From: the human T2T-CHM13v2.0 reference genome, Homo sapiens
NCBI RefSeq assembly: GCF_009914755.1
Contig: NC_060930.1
DNA length: 64,000 nt
Strand: one strand, 5' to 3'
The notes under the pieces were generated by a model. That model did no database searches and was not told the origin of the DNA. It saw only the letters and a list, made by a program, of their open reading frames with translations. Made by a program: the position numbers and the translations under genes. This document shows positions 26,440 through 38,756 of this stretch, piece by piece (position 1 is the first letter of the stretch; every line of letters begins with the position of its first letter).

Positions 26440-26785
26440 TCCCCACCGCCACCTTCCGCCCCTGCCCTGCGGCTCCCACCGCCCCTGCCCTGCGGCTCCC
26501 ACCGCCCCTGCCCTGCGGCTCCCACCGCCCCTGCTCTGCTCTGCTGCTCCTTCCGCCCCTGCCCTGCGGCTCCTTCCGCCCCTGCCCTGCTGCTCCTTCT
26601 GCCCCCGCCCCGCTGCTCCTTCCGCCCCGCCCCGAGGCTCCTTCCGCCCCTATCGCTCTGCTCCTTCCGCCCCTGCCCCGCGGCTTCTTCCGCCCCTGCC
26701 GCTCTGCTCCTTCCACCCCTGCCCCGCGGCTCCTTCCGCCCCTGCCGCTCTGCTCCTTCCACCCCTGCTCTGCTGCTCTGGGCTT
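26440..26785. repeat. GC-rich minisatellite, ~22-23 bp unit
   Basis: Variants of ctccttccgcccctgccctgcgg / ctcccaccgcccctgccctgcgg, roughly 13-15 units. Confidence 0.9.
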
Positions 26786-29700
26786 TCCCCGAGGCTTTGC
26801 TGCCCACACTCTTCTTGCTCGTCAGACCCACCAAGGTTGCAGAGAAAGACAGACAGCAGCAGATGGCTAGGAAACGAATACTCAACAATAGGGTGATTTC
26901 AGAACTAAATTCCAAAGAATTCAGCCTACAGAGCAAAAACTCACTCAAAAAACCAAAAAGATGGAGATCTGTCTACATCAACGCCTGTTCTGATGAAGTT
27001 ATTGAATTTCAAAAAAAAAAAAAAAGGAACATTTTAGGTACCAAGCCAGGTGCTTTAAAGGAAGACAGACACGAGGCTGGCCCTGGATTCGTGAACAGTA
27101 GCTCTCACGCTCTCGAAATCGTGTCCAAAATTTTGTGCCCACCGTGATTTTCTGCAAGCACAAAGACAGCAGCGGTCAGGCGGTTTCAGTGTTGGACGGC
27201 CCCAAGGAGTTGTCCTTTAAAATCCTTCTTGCTGGTGTGATCCAGCCACGAATGAGAACAACCTGAATGAAGAGGTCAGAAACAGGAAGTGCGTCAAAAT
27301 AGATTGAACTACAGAAAAACATCTGAAGCCATTTAAATATGGAACTAACATAAAAAATGTTGATCATAGGAAATGTATTGGACACGTGTACACAACCTGA
27401 GCTTAGGGAAGAGAGGGGATAAAAGAGCGTCCACAGATGCTGATTTTCCCATTCGGAACCAGGGGCCCTAAGTGTGACCTAAACCTGAACCATGGGTTTT
27501 AAAAAGTTCCATCTTCCTCACGTTTTTGTTAATATTTTGACGAACTTTAGAGCTGTATTTTGGGAGCTCTCATTTCTTTTGTAATTGCAAAGGACAGTTC
27601 TCCTTTATTTATAGTCCAGGTCCCTGTTTTATTGGTCAAATTCATTTAAAATTCTGTACTTCGTTATATTTTAGCATTTATGGTATAATCACATTTTTAA
27701 ATGTGTTTTTCCTTCTTTTATTCTTTCCCATTCATGGAGAGGTTTGTGATAATGCTTACTGAACATTGGCATTAGTGATTTCTGGGTGGTAAAATTGGGA
27801 TAATTTAATTTTGCTTTCTTTATGGTTTTGAGTTTTATCCCTAATTACAAAGTTATTAGTTTAAAATTTAAATATGAAAACTTTAAATTTTCAAAATGAA
27901 GTCATCAGGATGTGGGGCCTGGTGGAGGCTGGGGTGACTGACATCCCCCAGTTGACAGTGGTGGGTGGGAATAAGGTGTGGGAAGATGGGCTTATTCCAA
28001 GGGGAGGGGGGTTTGGCGTTGGCTTGAGATGGATCTGCCTGTGGGCAGCCTGTGCCGACAGCCACTCGCCATGCAGAGTGGAGGCTGAAGAAAGGAGCTC
28101 GCTGCAAAGAGGCCAGCGGGGTACAAAGAAGTACTAACTGCAGGGCACCGAGCCCTGCGCAGGAAAGAGCGGGTTGTCTGGGAGGCAGGAGGAACTCTGT
28201 CCCCGAAGTCACAGGAGGTGCCCAGGCCTTGAGAGGAAGCAGCAGGAATCTCTGTGGGGCATCCCTGAGCTCCAGTGAAGCCTCAGCCCCGTGTGGGCAG
28301 AAGTTGGGGGAACATCTGGAAAGCATGACCAAGGGGACGCCTGCAGGAGCTGCCAGAAGCAGTATGGCAGGGACAGGGTCAGAGGGAGGAGGCTGCAGGG
28401 TCCAGGAGAGGTTTCAGAAGCAGAAGAGGCTGGAGCTTGCCTATGCTCTGCGAGAGGGCAAATCCCAGGAGAAAGGAACACACAGGAAAAGGGGGGTTAC
28501 TGGAGGTGTCCCGTTGGAGGGAGGAGGCTTTGGGGTCACTGCACTGAAGCAGGACAGGCCGGGCCTCTGAGGGCCAGGAGGAGGGTGCTGGTGGGTGGGG
28601 GTCTGCAGAGGGGTGCAGCGGGCTCTCAGAACCCACTTTGGCTGCTCCACCATTCAACACAGGGACTGCCGAGAGTGGCGGGCGGTGTTTCAACAAGAAC
28701 TGAGTCGGGTGCTGAAGGCTTAGAAGAGCCCCTCAATCAAATTGGAGAAGAAGGGAATTGAGATGAAACAGCTTTGAAGGCACACAGGAAATGTGCGGTA
28801 CCTGTCAGGCAAATGAGTTAATAAATACACAAATGGGTTAATGCAAATGGGAGATAGAAGTAGGACTTCTTTTTAGTGGCTACTACAATACGGATTTTTA
28901 ATTTCACCTTTCTGCGTCTAGTAATTTTTGCATATTTTAGTAACTGTGGCATTCTATTACATACAACAGATGGTTACAGGCATTGTCTTCATAGAGAGCA
29001 AAATAAAACTCTAAGACCAATACAACAATATATGTTTAACAAAGAGGAAAGAGCCTAAAGTCTAAATGCGAGACTTTGGGGCTCCTGTGGGCCAGTGGGA
29101 AAGAACAGGCCTCTTGTTTGTAGGTGTCCATGTGCTTCAGACACCATGTCTTGGTTTCTTGGTCAGCCCATTTTCTACCAAGCTTGAGACCTCCGTTCTG
29201 GGCCTGAGGCTGAAGGACTGTTCGTTTATTTCATTTATTTATTGGCTCTTTCTCTTCCTTGCCACGCAGGAGGATGAGTAAAAACAGAGTGAGATACTTT
29301 GGAGCAACCTCGTGAGTTAAGAGCTTGTGAGCTTTCTCAGAGACGCTGGCTCCATCTTAATTTAATTAATGCAGAAATGAAGACTCGAACATTTGAGAAT
29401 CTTTAAAAATCATATTTTAGCCAAAAGATTTATCTCACAGAAGATAATTTCCAACACAGCCAAAAGCAGCAAATATTTGCTAGTTCTATAATGTTTTGTG
29501 TGAATTTGATACTTGGCATATTTTCTGGTGTGTATTCGTCTCCAGGACATCTGTGCATGGCAGTTAGTCACGGAATTTAAGTTCAGTGTGGCATGCATCC
29601 TAGCGGTGGGAAGCCAGAAAGTAAAATGTGCAACCACCCCAAGAGAAATGCTTATAGCCAGGGAGCAAAGCATGAGTTTTCATCATGTTCTAGGCAATTT

Positions 29701-29949
29701 TAGGTGAATTTATCTTTAGATGGAGATTTCCTTTTTCTGATGTCTGTTCTTTCTTCAAAATTCACAGATTGCTCTTGATAAAGAGTGTTGAGTTGCCCTA
29801 CACAGAGATGGAAAGGGGCTTTATAAATATGATGGTAATACACAATAAATTAAATTCATCTCTAAAGGCAGAAGTAAAATGCCTTGTCTTGTATCATAAA
29901 TATCATTGATACTGACAAAATACAATGTCTCTAACAGTATATATCACAC

Positions 29950-30030
29950 TCTCATTCATTCATTTATTCAACAAACATTTATTAATCACCTACTGTATAT
30001 CAGACTTCTTGATAGATATGGAAAAATTAT
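29950..30030 (-). mobile_element. L2 3' end fragment
   Basis: tcattcattcatttattcaacaaacatttattaatcacctactgtat. Confidence 0.7.
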
Positions 30031-30824
30031 CCTTTTAAAGCAAACCAAGATAAAACAACTAGACTCATGTAATTTGGAAATTGGTTATTTGGGTAGATTT
30101 TTGGTTTCTAAACAAGAATTAAGTCCTTCTTTACATTGTTGGTAAAGATTTAGTCAGGATCTCAAAATAGTAATTTTTTTGTAACTGATAGAAAATATAG
30201 ACATTGGGTTTCCACCTCACACATAGGAAGAAATTATAGGAAGTCTTTGTTTTTGGAGGAAGCCATCACTGCTTCCTAACACCCAGCAGTAATAAGACCT
30301 GGGTCACACCCTGAAGCTGTCGCGTCCACAGAGCTGAGTGCTCCCAAGCATGAGACACAGGCCAGCAAAAGCCATGTGGTCAACTCTAAATACCCAATGA
30401 CACAGGTTCCTTTTGTTTTGGTTTTGGTTTTTCGTTCTTTTTTGGGGCCTCTCGTCCCAGGTAGATATTCTATGTCCTTCTGGTATACATTTTAATCTGA
30501 CTTCCACTGAAGCAGGGACAGGACAAGTCAGCCCTTCAACTTGAAGCACCTCCTGCTGAGAGGTCCTGGAGCACAGTGGGTGCCGAGGGCTGGTTTCCTG
30601 GGCAGAGAAGTTGAGGCTTAGCTATGTCCGTTGCTGGCACTCGGTGGGGGAGCCCTGGGAAGGTTGTGGGTAAAAGTGGATTTTCCTCTACCCGGTGCCA
30701 GTGCCAGGCCCAAACGTGGGCAACAACAAACACACACTGCACAGGTTCTAATGCTTCAGTCCCCTGAAACGCCTGGGGTGTGCATTTGTCAACTGGATAA
30801 AAACAGCACATGCTCTGTTAGGGC

Positions 30825-33800
30825 TGTGTTAGTCCGTTTTCATGCTGCTGATAAAGACATACCTGGGACTAAGAAGAAAAAGATGTTTAATTGGACTTAA
30901 CAGTTCCACATGGCTGGGGAAGTCTCATAATCATGGCACGAGGTGAAAGGCACTTCTTACATGGTAGCAGCAAGAGAAAAACTAGGAAGGAGCAAAAGTA
31001 GAAACCCCTGATAAAACCATCAGATCTGAGACTTATTAACTATAACAAGAACAGTATGGGGGAAACTGCCCCCATGATTCAAATTATCTCCCACCAGGTC
31101 CCTCCCACAACATGTGGAAATTATGGGAGTTCAATTTAAGATGAGATTTGGGTGTGGACACAGAGCCAAACAATACCATTCTTTCCCTGGCCCCTCCAAA
31201 TCTCATGTCCCCACATTTCAAAACCAATCATGCCTTCCCAACAGTCAGTCACCCAAAGTCTTAACTCATTTCAGCATTAACCCAAAATCCACCATGCAAA
31301 GTCTCACGTGAGACAAGGCAAGTCCCTTCCACTTAAGAGCCTGTAAAATCCAAAGCAAGCTAGTTCCTTCCTAGATACAATTGGGGTAAATGTATTGGGT
31401 AAACACAGCAGTTCCAAAGGGGAGAAATTGGCCAAAACAAAGGGGTTCAGGGCCCATGCAAGTCTGAAATCCAGTGGGACAGTCAAATTTTAAAGTTCCA
31501 AAATGATCTCCTTTGACTCCAGGTCTCACATACAGGTCATGCTGATGCAAGAGGGAGGTTCCCATGGTCTTGGGCAGCTCTGCCCCTGTGGCTTTGCAGG
31601 ATACAGCCTCCTTCCAGCTGCTTTCATGGTCTGGCATTGAGTGACTGTGGCTTTTCCAGGCTCACGGTGCAAGCTGCCAGTGGATCTACCATTCTGGGGT
31701 TGGAAGATGGTGGCCCTCTTCTCACTGCTCCACCAGGAAGTGCCCCAGTGGGGACTCTGTGTGGGGGCTCTGACCCCACATTTCCCTTCTGCACTGCCCT
31801 GGCAGAGGTTCTCCATGAGGGCCCCGCCCCTACAGCAACGTTTTGCATGGGCATCCAGGCATTTCCATATGTCTTCTGAAATCCAGGTGGAGGTTCCCAA
31901 ACCTCAGTTCTTGACTTCTGTGCACCTGCAGGCTCAACACCACGTGGAAGCTGCCAAGGCTTGGAGCTTCTATCCTCTGAAGCCACAGCACGAGCTGTCC
32001 ATTGGCCCTTTCAGCCATGGCTGGAGCGGCTGGGACACAGGGCATCAAGTCCCTAGGCTGCACACAGCTCAGTGCCCACAAAACCATTTTTTCCTCTTAG
32101 ACCTCTGGGTCTGTGATGGAAGTGGCTGCCGCAAAGGTCTCTGACATGCCCTGGAGACGTTTTCCCTATTGTCTTGGAGATTAACATTCGACTTCTGGTT
32201 ATTTATACAAGTATCACAGCTGGCTTGAATTTCTCCTCAGAAAATGGGATTTTCTTTTCTATCACATTGTCAGGCTGCAAATTTTCTGAACTTTTATGCT
32301 CTGTTTCCCTTTTAAAACTGAATGCATTTACTACAGTAACCAAAACAGCATGGTACTGGTACCAAAACAGATATATAGACCAATGGAGCAGAATAGAGCC
32401 CTTGGAAATAATACCACACATCTACAACCATCTGATCTTTGACAAACTTGACAAAAGCAAAAAGTGGGGAAAGGATTCCCTATTTAATAAATGGTGCTGG
32501 GAAAACTGGCTAGCCATATGTAGAAACCTGAAACTGGATCCCTTCCTTACACCTTACACAAAAATTAATTCAAGATGGATTAAAGACTTACATGTTAGAC
32601 CTAAAACCATAAAAACCCTAGAAGAAAACCTAGGCAATACCATTCAGGACACAGTCATGGGCAAGGACTTCATGACTAAAACACCAAAAGAAATCACAAC
32701 AAAAGCCAAAATTGACAAATGGGATCTAATTAAACTAAAGAGCTTCTGCACAGCAAAAGAAACTACTATCAGAGTGAATAGGCAACCTACAGAATGGAAG
32801 AAAACTTTTGCAATCTACCTATCTGACAAAGGACTAATGTCCAGAATCTACAAAGAACTTAAACAAATTTACAAGAAAAAAATCAAACAACCCCATCAAA
32901 AAGTGGGCAAAGGATATGAACAGACACTTCTCAAAAGAAGACATTTATGCAGCCAACAGACACATGAAAAAATGCTCACCATCACTGGCCATCAGAGAAA
33001 TGCAAATCAAAACCACAGTGAGATGCCATCTCATAGCAGCTAGAATGGCGATCATTAAAAAGTCAGGAAACAACAGGTGCTGGAGAGGATGTGGAGAAAT
33101 AGGAACGCTTTTACACTGTTGGTGGGACTGTAAACTAGTTCAACCATTGTGGAAGACAGTGTGGCAATTGCTCAAGGATCTAGAACTAGAAATACCATTT
33201 GACCCAGTCATCCCATTACTGGGTATATACCCAAAGGATTATAAATCATGCTGCTCTAAAGACACATGCATATGTATGTTTACTGCAGCACTATTCACAA
33301 CAGTAAAGACTTGGAACCAACCCAAATGTCCATCAGTGATAGACTGGATTAAGAAAATGTGGCACATATACACCATGGAATACTATGCAGCCATAAAAAG
33401 GATGAGTTCATGTCCTTTGTAGGGACATGGATGAAGCTAGAAACCATCATTCTGAGCAAACTGTCACAAGGACAGAAAACCAAACACCACATGTTCTCAC
33501 TCATAGGTGGGAATTGAACAATGAGAACACTTGGACACAGGGTGGGGAATATCACACACTGGGGCCTGTCGTGGAGTGGGGGGAGGGAGGAGGGATAGCA
33601 TTAAGAGAAATACCTAATGTAAATGACGAGTTAATGGGTTCAGCACACCAACATGGCACATGTATACATATGTAACAAACCTGCATGTTGTGCACATGTA
33701 CCCTAGAACTTAAACTATAATAAAAAAATTAAAAATAAAATAAAATGATAGATTAAAAAAAAACCTGAATGCCTTTAAAAGCACCCAAGTCACCTCTTGA

Positions 33801-34543
33801 ATGCTTTGCTGCTTAGAAATTTCTTCTCCTAGATACCCTACATCAGCTCTCTCAAGTTCAAAGTTCCAGAAATCTCTCAGGCAGGAGCAAAATGCCACCA
33901 GTCTCTTTGCTAAAACATAACAAAGGTCACCTTTGCTCCAGTTCCCAACAAGTTCCTCATCTCCATCTGAGACCACCTCAGCCTGGATTTCACTGTCCAT
34001 ATCATTATCAGTATTTTTGTCAAAGCCATTCAACAAGTCTCCAGGAAGTTCCAAACTGTCCCGCATTTTTCTGTCTTCGTCTGAGCCCTCCCAACTGTTC
34101 CAACTTCTGCCTGTTACCCAGTTCCAAAGTCACTTACACATTTTCGAGTATCTTTTCAGCAACGCCCCACTCTGCTGGTTCCAATTTACTGTATTAGTCT
34201 GTTTTCATGCTGCTGATAAAAATATACCCTAGACTGGGAAGAAAAAGAGGTTTAATTGGACTTACAGTTCCACATGGCTGGGGAGGCCACAGAATCATGA
34301 TGAGAGGTGAAAGGCACTTCTTATGTGGCGGCGGCAAGAGAAAATGAGGAAGATGCAAATGTAGAAACCCTTCATAAAACCATCAGCTCTTGTGAGACTT
34401 GTTCACTACCAGAAGAACGGTATGGGGGAAACCACCCCCATGATGGAATTATCTCCCACTGGGTCCCTCCCACAACACTTGGGAATTATGGGAATACAAT
34501 TTAAGATGAGATTTGGATGGGGACACAGAGCCAAACCACATCA
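30825..34543 (-). mobile_element. THE1 (THE1C-like, MaLR) element: two LTRs plus internal region, interrupted by an L1
   Basis: LTRs ~30825-31180 and ~34190-34543 (tgt.ttagtc.gttttcatgctgctgataaa...cagagccaaac); gggc flanks both ends; the internal ORF (SLELPGDLLNGFDKN...VLLKAF / [17 protein letters not shown]) is split at the L1. Confidence 0.95.
32331..33760 (+). mobile_element. 5'-truncated L1PA (ORF2 C-terminus, 3'UTR, poly-A)
   Basis: Translates [13 protein letters not shown]...[10 protein letters not shown] and [20 protein letters not shown]; TSD aaaactgaatgcattta (32314-32330) / aaacctgaatgccttta (33761-33777) at a TTT/AAAA site. Confidence 0.97.
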
Positions 34544-37044
34544 GGGCCAAAACTATTTTAAAAGCTATTGTTTGTTGTCAGTCTTACAAAGTGGCTTTGT
34601 AAAGTCTATGGAAACAGTGAAAAGGAATTTTGAATTTTATTGAAAAAAGGTTGGTAGTGATTTTTAACTTGTGCCTGCAAGATGGAAAGCCCTTCCTTCA
34701 CAGCAGCAAATCAGGGGAGATAAAAGCAGCATCGCTGCTCTCCCGAGTTCCCTCTGCCTACACCGAGGTTTAGGTCCCTCTCCCAGATCTAAGGGCCTTG
34801 ATGCTAACAGACCTGTCATCTAAAACAGGAATGGGCTCTGCAGCGTTTAGACAAATTCCAAAGAGCAACTCCTTGCAGAGGATCTTTGAATTCTGTCTCT
34901 AGTCAGTGGCCACAGATGGTGTTTCTCACTAGATTAACCTCCAGCTGACGAGTCCGTAGGTTGGTGTCTTGTGTTCCGTGGCTTCAGTGAGATGTGGGGT
35001 GGATCACGCTGAGGAAGAGCCCAGATGTGAAGGCAGCCTGCCTGCCATCCTGCACCGCCTCGCAAGTCCTGTGAGTCTGGGTGAATGCTGAGCTTCACCG
35101 GGCATCCCAGGTAGATGGGTGCACCCTCTTTAATCACCTACTGTATTTGATGATAATACCTGATGAAATTAACAGAAACTACTGATGACATAAAATAATA
35201 TGTGTGGAAGTGATGAAAATTATTTCTATGTGGCTAACAAATATTCCTGATATTGACGTTCCTGTCCGTGACACTCACCTATAAGAACTTCCCCCTCCCA
35301 GCAACCCGATCCAAACCACAGAGGGTAAAAACATGCCATTTGGGAAATGAGTGTTTTAAGGCGAGCTTATCTTTTCCACCTTTCCAGAGGAGATGTGCCG
35401 AGATGATCACGCTATTACAATGGTGTATGATGAGAAACAAGAGAGCCCTTGTCCAAGGCTTCTAGTTATGAGGACATCTGAAAAGGCACTGTTTATCTTA
35501 TCTGTTATCCCATCAAAATAAAATTAATAAAGAATGCGTATAATATGGATGAATAAACATTAACTTTCTACAAGAGAATTTTACATAATTGGCTTGAAAG
35601 GCTCCATCCTGGGACATGCTATTGATGACATTTTCTTTCATCTAAACCCAGCTCTGAATTTCTCCTGATGCTACACTTTTTATTTACTGCTACAATGAGA
35701 AAAAATTTTATCGTGCTACAATCAGCAAAATTTGGCATTCATGATCTTCTATATTGTCTTATTAACTCTTCCTATTAATTAATACCAGGCAAATTTACGT
35801 TCTGGAAGATCTTTCTTCATCGAAGGCCAGTTGTTAAACGTGGAGGCGGCCTTTCAGACGGCATTCTGTCTTTCTGTTTAGTCCACATCACATTTCTGGA
35901 GCACATGCCTCAGGCAATAAAGTTTTCTCTATGCTTCATAAATATCTCCATGTGTGTTAATTTATGCATTAATTTTATGTGTCTATCTTGTGTATTAATT
36001 TTATTTTCTCAGGAAAGTTTCCCGGGATTCACAGGAAACTGACAAGGAAAGGTTTCACAGAGAATCGGAGAAAAGCTGAAATATCCCATTGATCTCATTC
36101 GCCATCCTTATATTTTTCAAGCTATAGACTGTAACTTCTTCTTAACAAATGCTAAGAGGCAAATGCTCCCTGGAAACAGGGTGGGATCCTGTGTAACTGT
36201 GGCCCAGATTTCTCCTGTGGAGACCAGCCCTTAATATTGCTCTGAAGACATTACATAAGTGGTTTTCAAGCTTCCAGAATTAATAGTTCTGGGATATCAT
36301 TCAACAGAAACAGCTTCTAACCAAGGATCAGGATACCCAGCTCATGCCAGCAGCAGGGGCTCTGTCAACACCAACCCCCCAACTCCTTCAGGGACATTTG
36401 AGACCGAAAAACCAACCCTAGCAGTCCATCCAGGCAGTCGCCTGACCAGTTAGGAGATTTTATCTTTCCTTGCTCCCTTTCCCAAATATAAGGGTTAAAA
36501 TTCTACCAGGAACAGTCGACAATTCCTTTGTGAGGACCAAGCCCAGTCTACTTTTCTTCTACGGCACCCCATTTCCACAAATTCTCCTCTCTGTTGCCAA
36601 AACTAGCAACCTCATGATGCCTTAGGGTGTCCCACAGCCGGCAGGCCCAGCTGGACGTGTCAATCACTGTGGCACCCACTGCGTCCCCACAGAGGTCAGA
36701 GACCCTCAGCCCCCCACCCCCCGGTATCACCCTTTATTCCCAAGCCTCTTACCAATGGGGCTGTACCGGACTGGCTGTCCATGCTGAACGGTGGGGAGGG
36801 GCTTCTGTACTCGCAGGGACCCTCCCCACTCGTGGGGTCAGTGCTGTTAATAGTGCCAGAGAGAGGCCATGGGGAGCACGTGGGGTGAATGGGGAGGTGG
36901 CCAACTGAGGCTGCCACAGCCACCGCTATGTCCACCCCTGTGGTCCGAGAGGGCCGGTCACTCCAGCGTGGCTTCTGCTCTCTCCAGAGTGGTGTCAGAG
37001 ACTGTTTCAATGCGCTGGAAACCTGAAATGAAAGAGGTGCACAG

Positions 37045-37574
<530 letters not shown>

Positions 37575-37690
37575 TCACTCAAAATTAGGCTTTTTGGACT
37601 AAAACTTGTTTTGTTTCTTACTATGATTACTAAGAAAGCCCAGGATACTCACATAGAACCGAAGCTCAGCCATTTCTCCTCTGAGTACAC

Positions 37691-37748
37691 GTTGACATCA
37701 CTGAAGCCAGGCACTGACCAAGCCTGAGTTCATGCAACACCATCAGCA
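37691..37748 (+). pseudogene. MT-TF: NUMT: degenerate mitochondrial tRNA-Phe
   Basis: aagccaggcactga...gcct...ccatcagca resembles mammalian aaagcaaggcactgaaaatgcct...ccataaaca and sits directly 5' of the 12S copy. Confidence 0.55.
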
Positions 37749-38690
37749 CACAGCCTGGTCTTGGCCTCCTCATGAGTTCTTTGCGAGGCCACGCATCCAG
37801 GTACCTGTGTTCCTGCACGGAGGCCTCTAGGTTCGCAGGAGACCCAAAGCAACGGGCCTTAGGCTCACTCAGGAGCAGCTCCTAGCTCCCCACTCCGCCA
37901 CGGCCCTGCGGGAAACAGCGGAGGTAGAGATGTGGTGGTAAAGCAGAAGTGTGAGAAGCTACAGTCATTTTCCTTAGGGTTGGTAAATTTCGTGCCGGCC
38001 ACCATGGCCATAGGCTTAACCCAAATTAATAAAGCCCAGTGTAAAGCGTGCTTAAGTTTATACACAAATAAAGTTAAACCCCAACTAAGCCATGAAAAGC
38101 TACCGCTAAAATAAAAACAAACTGTGAAAGTGACTTTAGTGTGTTCTGAGCATGACAGCTAAGACCCAGGCTGCGGTCAGCCACCCCCTACGCCTTGCCA
38201 TGAGCTCAATAAACCCCACTACGCCCTCGCCATGAGCTCAATAAAATGAGCAGTCACCGGCCCGAATGCCGCCAGCAGCAGCCGGGACTGAGGGCAGCGC
38301 TTCGCTTCCTCGGAGGAGCCCACTGTGCCATCAACAAACCCCGAAGCCCCCACCGGCTGCTGCTGACCCGGCCACACGCCACCATCTTCAGCAAACCCTA
38401 CGACGGCCGCAGAGTGAGCACCAGCATTTACACAAAAACATCAGGTCCAGGGGTAGCTCTGAGGTGGAAAGAAATGGACCACAGAACATTCCACCCACAA
38501 CAACCTTTACGAAATTAAAGGCCAAAGGAGGATGTGGCAGAAGTTAAGAACAGACAGCGTAACTGAACAGGGCCATGACCACACACACGCCACCCACCAG
38601 CCGCCTCAACCACCTCCACAGACAGAAGCTCAGGTGTGGTGGGGGTGAGCCTGACGAGGTGGGCGTCCTGGAGAGCAGGTCCGGGGAAGC
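37749..38690 (+). pseudogene. MT-RNR1: NUMT: mitochondrial 12S rRNA copy
   Basis: Collinear 12S landmarks: cgggaaacagc, agggttggtaaatttcgtgccggccacc, gaaagtgacttta, agctaagaccca, ccatcttcagcaaacccta, gaggtggaaagaaatgg, tgaacagggcc. Confidence 0.92.
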
Positions 38691-38756
38691 CCCGTGCAGC
38701 CTCTGCACGGCACCTGCTCACACCCGGGAGACTTCACATTGACTCCACCACTCTGA
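38691..38756 (+). pseudogene. MT-TV: NUMT: degenerate mitochondrial tRNA-Val
   Basis: gcacctgctcacacccgggagacttcac...accactctga resembles gcacccaacttacacttaggagatttca...accgctctga and lies between the 12S and 16S copies. Confidence 0.7.

Noticed and set aside
26333-27147. Overlapping 158-267 aa Pro/Ala- or Gly/Arg-rich ORFs
   Set aside because: They come from the stop-poor GC-rich minisatellite and are open on both strands.
32174-33422. 289-aa and 168-aa ORFs as host genes
   Set aside because: They are frameshifted L1 ORF2 C-terminal remnants of a 5'-truncated insertion.
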